DNA of 64,000 bases. Origin: the human T2T-CHM13v2.0 reference genome, Homo sapiens. The stretch lies in the NCBI RefSeq assembly GCF_009914755.1, contig NC_060927.1; one strand, written 5' to 3'. How positions within the stretch are numbered: position 1 is the first letter of the stretch; each line of letters starts with the position of its first letter. Shown piece after piece: positions 31,598 to 48,308 of this stretch. The notes under the pieces are model-generated. The model was not told the origin of the DNA and did no database searches. It saw only the letters and a program-made list of their open reading frames with translations. The translations under genes were made by a program, and so were the position numbers.

Positions 31598-31830
31598 TGC
31601 AGTGAACATGGTTCACTGCAACCTCTACCTTCTGGGCTCAAGCAATCCTTCCATCTTTGCCTCCTAAGTAGCTGAGACCATGCTGGCTAATTTTTATTTA
31701 TGTTGTTTTTTGTAGAGACAAGGTCTCACTATGTTGCCCAGGCTGGTCTTGAATTCCTGGACAATCAAGTGATCGTCGCCTGGGCCTCGCAAAGTGTTGG
31801 GGTTATAGACGTGAAGCACTGCACCCAGCC
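31598..31830 (-). mobile_element. AluJ fragment
   Basis: gggctcaagcaatcc and ggtctcactatgttgcccaggctgg. Confidence 0.85.
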
Positions 31831-33692
31831 TTGTTATTTTTCATGAATTTGCAATACATTTGGTGGGGAATCATTCTTTTGTCTCCCACAACATGGCTTC
31901 CTGCAGATGTGTGCTGAGCGTGGGGTCAGAGATGGAATTGAGGTGGGAAAGAAGGATAAAAGAAAGGAGCTACATAGTGGCTAAGTGTAAGTCAATTAAC
32001 TGGACTTCAGAGGACAGAAACCAAGGCTTATGTTTGTGTTCTCTGCCCTCAGATCACCTAGCACACTAGCTTGTTAAGTACTCTGTGAAAAATGATTTAA
32101 AGGAAAAATTTGTTATGTAAGATTGCAATGCAAGAACTATATGGCATACCTCAGCAATAAGGGATCTAAAGAGAAAACTATCTTTTGAGGCTGCCTTAAA
32201 TATAATTCTGGGCAGAATAAACTAGCAAATACCTTAAGTCTGCTTTATGAATATGCAAATCTAAAAGTTCAAGTATTTTTCTCCTGCAGTTTCCTAGATT
32301 TTTTTTCTGAGAGCCACATCCAGGTGTTTGATATCAGAGGGTGATATGCATTTGAATGTGATTTGAATATGAATTAATTAATGGGATACAATTATTTAGA
32401 TAAGAGTGGAGTAAATGCTAAGTATATTTAGATATAATTGGAATCAGAGGCTCTCTCCCACTTTTAAATGAGGGAGGAGGAACTGCCTGTCTCACTAGGA
32501 CACTTCTGGGTAGGATGAAGGAGGTTGTCATGGGAAATTGGCACTTCTGAGAGCTGTGTGTTCAACACTTCATTCATGGTGGACATTTCCATCTAAATTG
32601 AATTTACTGAGTAGTCAGTCATGTGCTCATTTTGGGCCATATGTGCTGGTCATACAAAAGATCATAATTATAATGATGGTGATACCATTTTTAAAGTACT
32701 TAGTGTGCGTGCCAGTTACTGTGTTGATTGTATCACAACTGATTTCCACTTACCCTTTACAGTAGACATGTGAGGTAGGTGGGGTGATCTACATTTCGCA
32801 GAAGAGAAAGGGAGATGGGATTCCAGTTTAAGTTTGTTGGAATCACACTGTGCTCTCCTCAAAGATTTCACTGTCTTGGAGCATACATTGGACCTATTTG
32901 GGGCTTGCTTCTCATATGGCCACCTAACCATCCATTTTACTTCTCACCTCTCAGCCTCAGTTTCTCACCCTATAAAATGGGACACATCCTGCCTAAGCCA
33001 CTTGTCTGTTATGAGGATGGTCATGAATGTGCTGTTTAAATGTGAGGGAGTGGTATTATTACCATGATTTTTTTCTTTTTGCCTGCTCTAGGTACGGATG
33101 TTAAGATAGTATTTGCTGTTTTGTGTTGAGCTCATATCCTTTTGGTTTTGTTGGTCCCCACAGTTCGTGATTGATGGCCTGCAGGTGTGATTTGGATGGG
33201 GGTGAATGCTAATAGCAGTATAGGTGACGGTGGATGTAAAGAGCTGACTTTCATATGTGGCTTTGATGCAAATGTGGCTCTGGTGTTAGAAGGGTTGGGG
33301 CAGGAGAAGGACAAGGTGACCTTTTAGGGAAGTCCTGCCTTTCCTAAGTCAGGCCCCTACCTCTGGCCCTCTTCAGGAGGCTGGTATTAATGCTTTCTCT
33401 TATAAATATTTTGGCTGCAATGGGGAATTCTTCCCCAGCCTCCTTTAAAAAACTTCTCAAACAGCTATTAAGTATCATGTCAAGTAGAGGAGCTCCAAGT
33501 AGAAATCAGTCCCTATTGCTGTGCAGTCAGCGGCCGAGATGTCTGCTTATCCAGAGCCTTAGTGAAGCTGCTTTTCTTGGCCATTGTAGACTCTGCAGTA
33601 ATGGTCTCCATGCTGCTGCTAAATGGCCTGGATCCTGGTTTTAGGGGGCAGTCTTGCCATGGGGAATAGAGCAGAGCCTGCCCTCCCCTACC

Positions 33693-34130
33693 TGTATGTT
33701 TTCATTTCCTAGGGCTGCTGTAATGAAGTACCAAACATTTGGTGGCTTAAAGCAATGGACATTTATTCTCTCATGGTTCTAGAGGCTGCAAGCTTGAAAT
33801 CAACATATGCAGGGCCATCCTCCCTCTGAAGCCTCTAGTGCAGGACCCTTCTTTGCCTCCTCCAGCTTCTGCTAGCTCCAAGTATTCCTTGGTTGTGGCA
33901 GCCTAACTCCAATCTCTGCCTCTGTCTTCACATTACTGTCTTCCCCCTGTGTCCATCCCTTCCATATGTGGACATTAGCTATGCCAGATTAGGACCCACC
34001 CTAATTCAGCATGACTGTCTTAACTTGGTCCTATCCACAGAAACCCTATTTCCAAAGAATGTCCCATGCACAGGTACAGGGGTTAGGACTTTGATATATC
34101 TCTTTGAGGGACCGAATTCTACCCATCACA
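33693..34130 (-). mobile_element. MLT1B/C-type MaLR LTR
   Basis: tttcctagggctgctgtaa, ggtggcttaaa, ccctctgaagcctctag and cacaggtacaggggttaggactt motifs. Confidence 0.85.
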
Positions 34131-35264
34131 GTGTGGCTCCAGGGGCTGTCTCCAGATCCTCCTCTGCACATCCTCCTGAGTTGGTCTGGTACTAGCTATT
34201 GCCTTCTAGGGCCTGGGTTGGCAGCTCATTCCCTCCTGTTTTCTCAGGAGCTTGAACTTATCTGCCATCTCCCTTTCTTCCTGTTAGCTTCAATTGCTTC
34301 CTTCATCGCCTTCTTCCTTGTGTGATTAAAACATGCACCAAGCTCTCACATCTTAGATCTCCTACCTTAGACCCCATGTTTGCATCTCTCCTCCTTTTTC
34401 TCCAGACTTCCAGAAGCATCCAGTGTACTCACTGTCTTCCTCACCTCCCACTTCTTCCTCTGCTCTTTCGAGTCTGGTTCTGCCCTCATCTTTCTGCTGA
34501 GACACCCCTCTCAGGTCACCCGGAATGGCCATGTTCCCTGCAGCACTTGATTCTGTTGCTCCCTCCCTTTGGGAAGCAGTTTCTTCCCTCAGCTTCTGAG
34601 GTAAAACACTCCTAGTTTCCTTCTCTCCCCTCTGGCCACACTGTCTCAGTCTTTTTTGAAGGCTTATCCTCCTCTAACTGGCTATTAAATCAATACTGGA
34701 TTTTTCCCAGGGTCTGTCTTAGGTCCTGGTCTTTTCTCACTTGACCTTCTCTCTAGGTGATCCCAGCCATCTCCAGGCTTCAGTCACTAGCCATATGCAG
34801 ACAACTCACGACTTTAAGACTCCAGCCTAGACTTCTCTAGACCTGTATAGCTGAGTGCCTACTAGAAACATTTTCTCTGTGTGTCTGATGCCTCAAACTT
34901 ACGACGTTTATACCTGAACTTGTGATCTGCTCCCCTTCCTCTGCAAAAAGCCCCCAACATGGGGGAGATATACCATCCCAAAAGTCTAGGACATCGTTGA
35001 CAACCTTGCTGTTTGTCATTCCATCCAAGAAATCAACGTAAATCCTGTTGGGTTTCCCTCCTAAATATCCCTCCATTTCTTCCTTCTCTTTACTTCCACC
35101 ACCACCATCTTGGTCCAAGCTACTATTATGTGATCTTCCAACTCTCATGAGAGCCTGGTAACTGGTCCCAATCCCCTTACCCTCAGCCTCCCAGTTGGTC
35201 TGACCCTACTCCAGTCAGTTGTCCACACTGCACTTCTATTCAAGTCGGATAATGTCACCTTCTG

Positions 35265-35532
35265 TTTTTTTTTCTTTCTTTCCTTCCTTCCTTCCTTTCC
35301 TTTCCTTTCCTTTTCCTTTTCCCTTTCCCTTTCCCTTTCCTTTTCCTTTTCCTTTTCCTTTTCCTTCTCCCCTCCCCTCCCCTCCCCTCCCCTCCCCTCC
35401 CCTTTCCTTTCCTTTCCTACAGGGTCTCGCCATGTTGGGCAGGTTAATATGAAATTCCTGGTCTCAAGCAGTCCTCCTGCCTCAGCCTCCCAAAGTACTA
35501 GGATTACAGGCATGAGCCACCATGCCCCGCCT
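35265..35532 (-). mobile_element. FLAM/Alu left monomer with expanded (TTTCC/TTTCCC/CCCCT)n tail
   Basis: Monomer 35420-35532; polypyrimidine tail 35265-35419; TSD ATGTCACCTTCT on both sides. Confidence 0.9.
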
Positions 35533-35744
35533 GATGTCACCTTCTTGCTTAAAACCTTTACTGTTCTTATGATAAAGACAGAAGCTCTTTACTTGGTTCA
35601 CAGACCCTGCATAGTCTCTCCCCCAACCTGTACTGCTTCATTCTTGTCTTTTACAGCTGCATTCCACTTCCTGCTACTGCTATGACAGCATTCTTTCTTT
35701 AATTTTCCCAACATTGCAGACTTTATCCATGCCCATCCTCTGTC

Positions 35745-36345
35745 TTTTCTTTTGTTAGGCACACATGCACCAATGATTGTTATGCCTTTCTGATGAATTG
35801 ACCTTTTTATCATTATGACTTGTCCCTCTTTATCTCTGATAATACTTTTTGTCTTGAAGTCTACTATATCTGATATTAATACAGCTACTTCAACTCTTTT
35901 ATGTTTATTGTTTGCATGGTATATGTCTTTTTCATCCATTTCCTATCAACTTATCTGTCTCTATATTTAAAGTATGTCTTTATATTTAAAGTATAGCCTG
36001 TAGTTGGGCTCTACTTTTTTACTCATTCTGACAATTCCAGTCTTCTAATTGGAGTCTTAGTCCACGAATATTTAATTAGCATTTAATGTGCTTATTGATA
36101 TGGTTGGCTTTGGGTCTACCATTTTACTATTTGTTTTCTGTGTCCCCAGCTTTTTTTTTTTTTTTGGATTATTAGACTATTTTAAAAATAACTTTTGTTT
36201 ACCAATTGCATTTTAGTTATACTTATTTGTGTTGTTTTTCGGAGTTGTTGCTCTAGGAATTACAGTCTACACCCTACCTATTCATGATCTCCTTAGAGTT
36301 AATATTATATCATTTCATGCAAAATATCAGAAGCTTACCACTGTA
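35745..36345 (-). mobile_element. Old L1 fragment encoding part of the ORF2 endonuclease
   Basis: Minus-strand translation IYHANNKHKRVEVAVLISDIVDFKTKSIIRDKEGQVIMIKRSIHQKGITII matches L1 ORF2p EN (IYQANGKQKKAGVAILVSDKTDFKPTKIKRDKEGHYIMVKGSIQQEELTIL). Confidence 0.88.
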
Positions 36346-38008
36346 AGAGGCTATCCTCTTGAAGTTAACTCCTACTTTGCAGTCAGAGCTCAGGTCAAAG
36401 GCCACCTTTTCAGAGCATTCTTGTCTAACTCCCCAGACTAGTTTAAGCCACTGTTATGTGCTTTCTGAGCAGGCAGTTTGGGGTATTTATAACACTTGGA
36501 ATTCGCTCACTATGGAATCCCCTGGACTTAGCAGAGTCTGTATGCATAATTATTTGTTAATCGAATGAAGGACGGGGAGCAGGCCTTGAGTTGTGGCTTG
36601 AAAAATATAAAATATTTCATAATAATGTATTTCAGGGGGTGGGAATGGCATGATGTAAGGCTTAGAGGTTGAAAAGACAGCGTATGTGGGATGGCATATA
36701 ATAAAATAGATTAAATGAAAGTTAAAATACAAAAATAGAAAACAGCTATAATAACAATAGCCACCATTTATAGGGCATTTAATAATGGACCAGGCACTGT
36801 GCTAAACTCTGCACATTTAATCTTATGTAACCTCAGTCCTGTGAGTTATTCCTGTCTCCTTTCAAACAAAGCCACCAAGATACAGAGATCAGTTATCTTA
36901 GTCTCAATCGTAGGTAAGCCTATGCATTCAAACGCAGATCCATGTGACTCGCACACTTAGAATGGAAGCAAGGCTGGAATGCTGGGCTTGATTGTTTAAG
37001 GCTTTGAATGCCAGTCCTGGGCGACTGTGTTTTGATTTGGGGCCAGAGATAAGTGGGGAGAAGACCAGAGATGTTATTGAGGGTTTGTAGACAGTTATGC
37101 TAGATGCTGCTTTTTCGCTTCTCAGGGGAAAAAGAGAAGAAAGCCTTCTGATGCTTTTGGATAGGAGAGTGCAGAATAGAAAACTGTTTCAGGAAGATTC
37201 ATCCAGGGCCAGTAGGCATGCTGGACAGGAGTGAAATGTGTGCGGAGCAGTAGCCGAATCCTGCTGTAACAGCTGCCTCAGTTGGTAGGGGTGGGGTGAG
37301 GGGCAGGTGGTGGGTGGGAGGGGGGTTGTAGTATTTTAAAGGAAGGAATAAAGGGGAGATATGTTTTGAGAGAAGTATGGATAGGTTTGGTTAATGATGA
37401 GTTATGAGGAGTAAAAGATTCTTCCCTTATCTTCCAGGTCTTTTATATCTGCTAACTGTAGGTGTTGCCTAGTAACAATTACATGTATCTGTGATGGGGA
37501 TTATCATAGCCCAGTTTCCCAAACTGGGGTTTACAGACATCCTTGGGGGTCTGAGAGAATGTTCTTTTGGGGGAGAGGTGGACAAGGCTAGGAAATATAG
37601 CTATAAAACCATGAAAAGTGTTTTGTTTGTTCTGAGTAAGACTTGAGCTAACTCAGCCTTCTTGACTAGCGCATAGAGGGATATTTTTCTACTTCTGTGG
37701 CTTTCTCATCCCTGGTGGACATTTCTGTCCAATTCATTGAATCGTCATGGAACTGGTTTGTTAGATGTGACTAGGGGACGGAAAAAATTGGGAGTTTCTG
37801 CGCATGTTCTGTGCGATAGAGGGTGACGCTCAGGAGGTTGTGAGTGTCTGTAGTATGTATTTGTGTGCATTATCTGACTTTGAGATGGCCATTGAAAATT
37901 GTGTTAAACTGAGCTTATTTTTTTCTTGAGTGCAAAAGAGCTTAAGAAATTCCCAAACTAGCATCAAAATGTTTTCACTTTCCCAGTGAAACATTTCATT
38001 GAAATTAA

Positions 38009-38401
<393 letters not shown>

Positions 38402-40004
38402 GAAGGTCTGATTTTTGTTATCAGTGTAGAATACAAAAATACAGAGTGAACACAGGCCTTTCATATTAGCATGGACTATTTTCTGGACTTTGGTTTCTGT
38501 TTCTCTCTGTGTGCCTGTCTCCCTCGAATTGCTTTAAAGCTTGTTATTTTAGTCGAAACCAATGACAAGAGGTGTGAGAGTTCTCCTTTCTCTATGTTTG
38601 GATTACTTTGTTGTAAATCTGTTGAAATCCATGTGCACAATGGTTTGGTGCACTGCTACTCTGGGCCGCTTGGTGAGGACTGTGAATTCACATTCTCAGC
38701 TGGCATTGTCTCTTGGCTTAGTTAATACTTGGTCTTGGACATGTGTGTACAACTATTTTGCCCTAGATGCTGTTAATGTTAAACATATTTAAAAGTATGT
38801 CTGGATTCATGGTCTCTTCTGCTTCCCAACAGTTATTAAAAGTGCTTTATTTTTTCTCTTACTTTCCATGTTGTACAACAGGAAGATGTGCAGCCTTTAG
38901 TAAGAGTCCTTTTAAAAGGTTCAGTGCTGTTGATCTGGTTCCCAGAGCACGACCCTGGGAACAGGATCTTGACTAACTGTTGTGTGTGCCTCACGTTTTT
39001 GGGATCTTAGTTGCCTCACCTTTGCAGATGGGCAAAGTAGTTGCTGGAAGTTCTATTATAAGAACTGTTGGCTAGATATAGTGAACAAGCTTAAATCTCT
39101 GTAAGGAAAGGCGTCGTAAGAATTTTGGTGGCTGTTACCCTCCATTATTTCAAGACATCTTTGAAGAGGTTTGGGGCTAGTACAAGAGGAAGCTATTTGT
39201 GTCCCTTAAACATTCTGGCTTGGGGGTTTTAGAGGCATGCTGTTCCAAAATTTGGACTCTCCTCTTTCTATTTTTGCCTGATTAGACTTGACAAAAGCCT
39301 TCAGAGCAGTGTCATAAAAGTTTGTTATTTGAGTTCAGGTGACACGCATTACCTCTTGTTTGGAACCTCTTAATGCTGCCTAATACCATTAAGTGTCCAT
39401 GTCCAGCCCAGTTTCCCAAACTTGGGGTCTAAGGACTCCCTGAGGCTGTGGTTTTCCTCTAAAAGGGGTCTATTGGTGCATTACTGGAGTTTGAGAAATA
39501 ATGTCTAAGCAACAATAGTTAACACTCTGGAACTTGAATCTTATTCTTATCTTTTGGATTTTTGTCATTGATGTTAACTCTTCTCAGAAACTTCAGGAAA
39601 TAGACCATCAAGGTGCATTTTTTTGGTTGTGATACTCTGGATTTTTACCTCCTTTCACTTAGTTTCTCTAGGTCCCTGACCTAAAGTTTTGTACTAATAA
39701 ACCTCACAGAAGTGACAGCTTCTTTTTTGGCTCTGTGGCCCTAGTGTTCTATAGGAAGTTAAAGGAGTGAAGTGAAAACTTTATACGCTTGGTTCCTTCC
39801 TGGATCTGTATGTATGTTTGTGTGTGTGTGTGTGTAGCTTTGCATTTGTGCCCTTACAGTGAGAGAAGGAAGGGGGTATGGTAGAGAATTCTGAATGGAC
39901 TTTTCCTCTTGGGATCTGCTGCTGTTGAGCCAAGATGGGACATCCATTTTCTTCCTGGTGGTGAGACCTGTACTGGCACTGGGCATGGAAACCCCGGTTT
40001 TCTA

Positions 40005-40200
40005 GAGAGGCAGAAACCTCAACTCTTCATGTTAGCATGGTCTCTGTATCAGCATCACCTGGGAAGTTGTTAGAAATACAGATTCTCAGGCACCACCCCT
40101 GACCTACTGAAGTGGGAACTCTGTGGGTGGGACCAGCAGCTGTGCTTTAGCAAGTTCTTCAGAGGATTCTGATAGATGTAAAAGTTAGAGAGCCACTGCT
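40005..40200. mobile_element. MER5A-like
   Basis: agcatcacctgggaagttgttagaaatacagattctcaggcaccac and gagagccactgctttaag motifs. Confidence 0.8.
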
Positions 40201-41332
40201 TTAAGGAAAGGGTCTTTTTATTTTCCCAAGAAGGTTTTTTGTATCTCTTCTGACTGGAGCTTCAGGTTATCACTTTCTGGAACCAAAAATATGATACGAA
40301 CAATAGCAGCAATGCTAATTGCCAGCCATTTTTATATGGTTTGATGGTTGGGAGCATAGACTTTTTGGAATTCTTCACTACTGTGTGACCTTGGTCAAGT
40401 TAGTTTCTCTCTGGGCTTTATTTTTTTTTGAACTGGGTTATGGAGATAACATGGTAGAAACTATTACTATCCCCGTTTTACAATTGAGGAAACGGAGGCA
40501 CAGCAATGGTCCCAGAGCTTGCTTAGAGTCCCTCTTAAATGGAGTAGGGGGTTTAAATTCGAGCTGTCTGATTGCAGACCCTGGGCTCTTACCCACAGTG
40601 CTGTCCCCACTCTTGTCTGCATCTCCATCAGTCAGTCTTAGCTGGTGCCAGCGTGTATCCACCTGGAACCACAACTGCGAGCCAGAGGATGGCCTAGTGA
40701 GTTGGAATTAGAGCATCCCCATTGTTGTCGTGTTGCAGCACGAGCAAGATTTTGACTGACACTTCAGTATGGAGCTCAGTGTTTCTTAAACCCAGAGCCT
40801 GTGAACCTCCTTTTCAGAATAGGGCTCTAAAAGATAAAAGCTATCCCTCTGGTGGGTCTGTGGCTCTCACTGGAAGTGCTGTGGAAATCTGGGCGGGGAA
40901 GAGGAGTTAGTTGGTTGTGGCTGCTACCATTGAGTGGGTGGGGCTGTCTTCAGTGCGCGGATGGGTGGGTTCCATGAAAAATTGTCCTGTGTCCCCTGCA
41001 CTTTCAGATGTGTCACTGAAACCTTCAACTGTTTTTTTCCCATCTCAGATGGGAATCTGTTTTACGTATGATCTCAAAGTATTTTTTGTATGATTTTAAT
41101 ATACATTTAATACACACTGAGTTTCTGAGGAATATAACTGTTGCGTCTTACTATGTTGGGAGACTATTTTGTTAGTTTGAAACTGTAGCAAGAGTGTATC
41201 ACAGTTTCAAAAAATTCATGTTATGCTCTTCCTGATCATTTGAAATGGCAATACAGCACACCTGTATCAGTTTGCATTTTGTAGTTACTATGTTGTGCTA
41301 ATGCTAGGAATAGGAGCAAACATTTAACAATT

Positions 41333-41620
41333 TCTTTTTCTTTTTTTTTTTTTTTTGAGATGGAGTCTCGCTCTGTTGCCCAGGCTGGAGTGCAGCAGCA
41401 CGATCTCTCCTCTCTGCAACCTCCACCTCTCGGGTTCAAGCAATTCTCTGCCTTCTAGGGCCCTGCTTCTTCAAAGTCTAATGTGTCCATGAATCATGTG
41501 GGAATTTGTTAAGAGGCTGATTGTGACTCTGGGGGAGGAGTGAGATTCTGCCTTTCTAACAGGCTTGCAGGTAATGCCAGTGCTCCAGGGCCATGGACCA
41601 CACTTTCAGTTGTGAGAGTC
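41333..41620 (-). mobile_element. Alu right-arm fragment (41333-41452) abutting a MER5-like element
   Basis: T-tail plus gagatggagtctcgctct, then ttctgcctttctaacagg...ggaccacacttt. Confidence 0.75.
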
Positions 41621-41939
41621 CATTGTAGTGTGCCTGAGCGTTTCCTGTTGAAGTGCCTATTTTAAGTTACTTTCCTTTTTAAAAATTTTAGAACGAGAGC
41701 ATTATATTGATTAAAAAATATTGATATAGGTAAGTTATCTATGAATTTCATTTCACACTAGGGAAATCGATGTTATAAAATGTTTGTTTTCAGGATGGTG
41801 TGTGGGGTTTGATGGGTTGAGTGCCCCTACTCTGGGTGACAAAGCAGTGCTAGTTAGAAACACAAATGAAATTACAACTCCAAATTCATGAGGTAGTGAC
41901 TCAGAATATGCTCATGTTAATTGTTCAGAATAGGATGTC

Positions 41940-42690
41940 TTTCATTTATTCTTTGAACAAATATTTATTGAACAGCTGCGATGTGTGCTATTTGCCAGGC
42001 ACTGCATCTGTGCACTCTGTGCTTGGCCTGCGTTTGTCAACAAAATAAAGATCCCCAGTTTTATGCACCTTATCTTCTTGTCGAGGAGACAGCCAATACA
42101 CATTCTAAGTAAATTATAGTGTGTTTTAGGTGATAAATGCTATGGATTGTTGAAGGATTAGGAATGCTGGGAGGTAAAGGGAATGGGTGGACAGTTCCAG
42201 TTTTAAATAGGGTCATCACATTTCTCATTGAGAATGTGAAATTTGAGCAAAAAGTTAAGGTGGTCAGGTCATTGACCATGTGGATACCAGGAAAAAGAGC
42301 AGTCTAGGCAGAGGGAACAGACAGTGCAAAATCCCTGATTAGAGAATGCTGGGCTGGTGTGTTTGAGAAATTGCAAGGAGACTAGACAGTGTTAGTGAAG
42401 GGAAGTGTGGTTAGGGATGAGACCAGAAAGGTAATGGGGTTAAGATCACACAGGAACTTTTAGGACATCATAGGGCCTTTGCTTGTACTTTGAGTAAAAT
42501 GGAGCATTTGGAGCAGGAGTGACATGGTCTCACTTGAGTTTTAAAAAGCTCCCTATGGCTGCTGTGGTCAAAGTGGCCTTCAGGGGGCAAGGGGAGAAGC
42601 TAGGAGACCAGTTAGGAGACATTGCATTGCGTAAGCATGAGATGATGCAGTGGTGGTAATGAGAAGTGGTCAAATTCTACATGTATTTTT
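41940..42690 (-). mobile_element. L2
   Basis: ttcatttattctttgaacaaatatttattga 3' end; ggcagagggaacag and ggagaccagttaggag motifs. Confidence 0.75.
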
Positions 42691-44298
42691 GTGAAATTTA
42701 GAATGCAAAGTTTAAACTTCTCAGAACTCAAAGCTCCCAATAATATCTGTGTGGCTCCTAGTTTGAGGAAAATCTGAGGTAGATGACAGATATGTATCCA
42801 TTGTTCCATGTTCTTTTCCTTCTGGGGATTCTGAGTTTGTGCACACACTCAGGAGTGGGTGTGTCTCTTCATCCCAGCGATTAGCAGTTGGATACAATGA
42901 GCAGCTATCTGATCTGGTGTTAGTTTAAAGTAAAAACTGAAGCAATACTAAACTATCTGGTTCTTAAAATCTCACACATTCTTCTTGATTAGGCCAGAAT
43001 GTATTTTTAGTAAAAACATATGCTGTTACTCAATGTTTCTTATAATACTCTGACGGCAAATCAAAGATAAATATTCAGTTTTCTCATCCTACTTTCCCCC
43101 TGAGCTCACTGCTGGTACTCCTACTTTCTTAGACTCAGAGACTACTGAAATTTTGGTAGCACATTTGCTTTAAGTTGACTGAAACCTTTCTGACTTAAAA
43201 TATGCATTATGTAGTTTTGCTCTATATTTTCACATAATTTATTTGAAAATGTAGGAGCAGTTTGGAGATATCTTCTGATAATGTACACGTAACTCATATT
43301 CTGTGCGGATCACGATTTCAGTGACCTATGCTTGGAGGAGACTTGATTACCATAGAGTGAAATTTCCTATAGCGGGGTCTTTTGAAAACCCGCCAAAACA
43401 GTGGCCCGCCAAGGCATTAGTAAGAGCACACATAATTAAGTAAAGTTACATGGCATGTCTCCAGGAGACCTCTTTCTCAGCTAGGGTGACCTTTTTAGAG
43501 TTTGGTTAGGTGCTTAAATGTCATAAACTATTTTGTTCTAAGCTTCTTGATTAATCATAGCGGTGATTTTGATCAATTGCTGTTTTTCATTTTATGCATT
43601 CAGCAGTTACATAGAGGAATAAGTGTATCTTATTCTTGTGCCGTGGCTACCATTACTCCAACTGTTACTAGGATTATTTCTTGGCTTGGAGTGAGGGGAG
43701 CAGGAGGTAGCTTCATTTACTCAAATCTCTCCCTCTTATTCTTTCAGGTCTGTATTTTAGGAACTCTGATGTAGTTCCATAACTCAATGATAATCTGGGT
43801 AGGGCAAGAAGGTTTTTTTTTTTTTTCTTTTTTAAAGCCTTGGGTTATTTTTGATGTGTTGTGACCTTGGAAAAGTATTCCTGTATCTATCCAGTAGGAG
43901 ATCTTTTTAAGGAGAGTAGGAGTTGTAGGCACATATTTTTAGACCACATTTTCATGTGGCATTTGTTCTTTGGTGGCATGGTGTCATGGAAATTTCTCTT
44001 CCTAGTCTAGGATTTAGAAGATAGTATTTCCGTGCTGGCTTTGTCCAATTGCTGCACTAGCTTAGTGAGGCACACTTTTCTCATCTGTACAACGGGCATG
44101 AAGATACATACCTACTGTCTCCCTTGGAATTGGAGTTGGCAAAGATCAAGTGAGCCAAAATACGTGAGAAAACATTGCAGCTCTAAACTTCCCTTCAGTT
44201 GTAGGTTGTGATGTTGTGTGGCTGTAATCATAAGGCGTGTGCCTAGGAACCTTTTGTTTCTGTCTTTAATTTACTGTTAGTCTTGGGTAAGTTGGTGA

Positions 44299-44727
<429 letters not shown>

Positions 44728-44814
44728 TGAGATTTTTGCTCATTTTTTTCTTTTTCTAACTTATAAGTAAAAAAAAATCTAAACTTACAGGAAAGTTAAA
44801 AGAATAGTATAATG

Positions 44815-45126
44815 GGCCAGGTGGGGTGGCTTACACCTGTAATCCCAGTACTTTGGGAGGCTGAGGCCAGAGGATCACTTGAGGTCAGGAGTTTGAGATC
44901 AGCCTGGCCAAAATGGTGAAACCCCATCTCTACTAAAAGTACAAAAATTAGCCGGGCATCGTGGCAGGCGACTGTATGTAATCCCAGCTACTCGGGAGGC
45001 TGAGGAAAAGGAGAATGGCTTGAACCCGAGAGGTGGAGGTTGCAGTAAGCCGAGATTGCGCCGCTGCACTCCAGGCTGGGCGACAGAGCGAGACTCCATC
45101 TCCAAAAAAAAAAAAAAAAAAAAAAA
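44815..45126 (+). mobile_element. AluS inserted in an old L1 3' fragment
   Basis: Full-length; TSD AAAAGAATAGTATAA at 44798-44812 and ending at 45137; flanks resemble L1M (aaacttacaggaaagtt...cccatatactc...cagttaacattt). Confidence 0.95.
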
Positions 45127-45376
45127 GAATAGTATAAGGAATACCCATATACTCTGCACCTAGAGTCAACAGTTAACATTTGCTTCATCCCTCTACACAT
45201 TTATGTGTTTATGTATTGGTGTTTAAACTTCAATTTCTGCCTTCTCTGATTGTTGTCCTTTCAAGAGTTCTCCTCTACAGAGTATAACAAATTTAGCCAT
45301 TACTTAGGATGCAATATGTGGGATTATGTTGAAGCTTTTACATCCTTCTGCTTAATCAATACCGTCTCTTGAACAG

Positions 45377-45481
45377 GATGAACTTACTGCTGTGAATGTA
45401 AAGCAAGGCTTCAATAATCAGCCAGCCTTCACTGGAGATGAACATGGCTCAGCCAGAAATATTGTAATTAACCCATCAAAG
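45377..45481 (+). CDS. MED12L: MED12L coding exon 2 (aa 34-68, [35 protein letters not shown])
   Basis: Acceptor gaacAG|GAT, donor AAG|GTAATG, 105 nt, phase 0-0; paralogous to MED12 exon 2 (DELTALNVKQGF). Confidence 0.97.
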
Positions 45482-45539
45482 GTAATGTTATTTGTTTGTT
45501 TCCTCAAACTCCTGAAAAAGTGTGTATATGTGACACCCT

Positions 45540-47685
<2,146 letters not shown>

Positions 47686-47687
47686 AC

Positions 47688-48025
<338 letters not shown>

Positions 48026-48308
48026 TCAGAGCCTTACCATCTTTCTTAATTGGTCTACTTTAAAAAATTGAAACATTATTTTGTATGCACTTTTCCTTAT
48101 GGCTAAAGTAGTCATATGAATAATAATTCATGGCTAGATAACATTCGATGATGTATGTGCTGTAATTGACTGAAACCTCTATATACAGCAGTTAGTCTGT
48201 TGCCAATTTCTCATGGTTATGTATAAAGAAACTGTAGTCATACTTGAAAGTATAGCTTTTGTTCTTTAGGATAAATTCCCTGAATTGTATTACTACTTGG
48301 TTAAAGGG

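Larger units (their letters stand above)
34250..36570 (+). mobile_element. L2 element interrupted by an Alu monomer and an L1 fragment
   Basis: Pyrimidine-rich L2 body (ctccagcctagacttctc; cttgcttaaaaccttt) resuming after the insertions and ending in tatttgttaatcgaatgaa. Confidence 0.7.
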
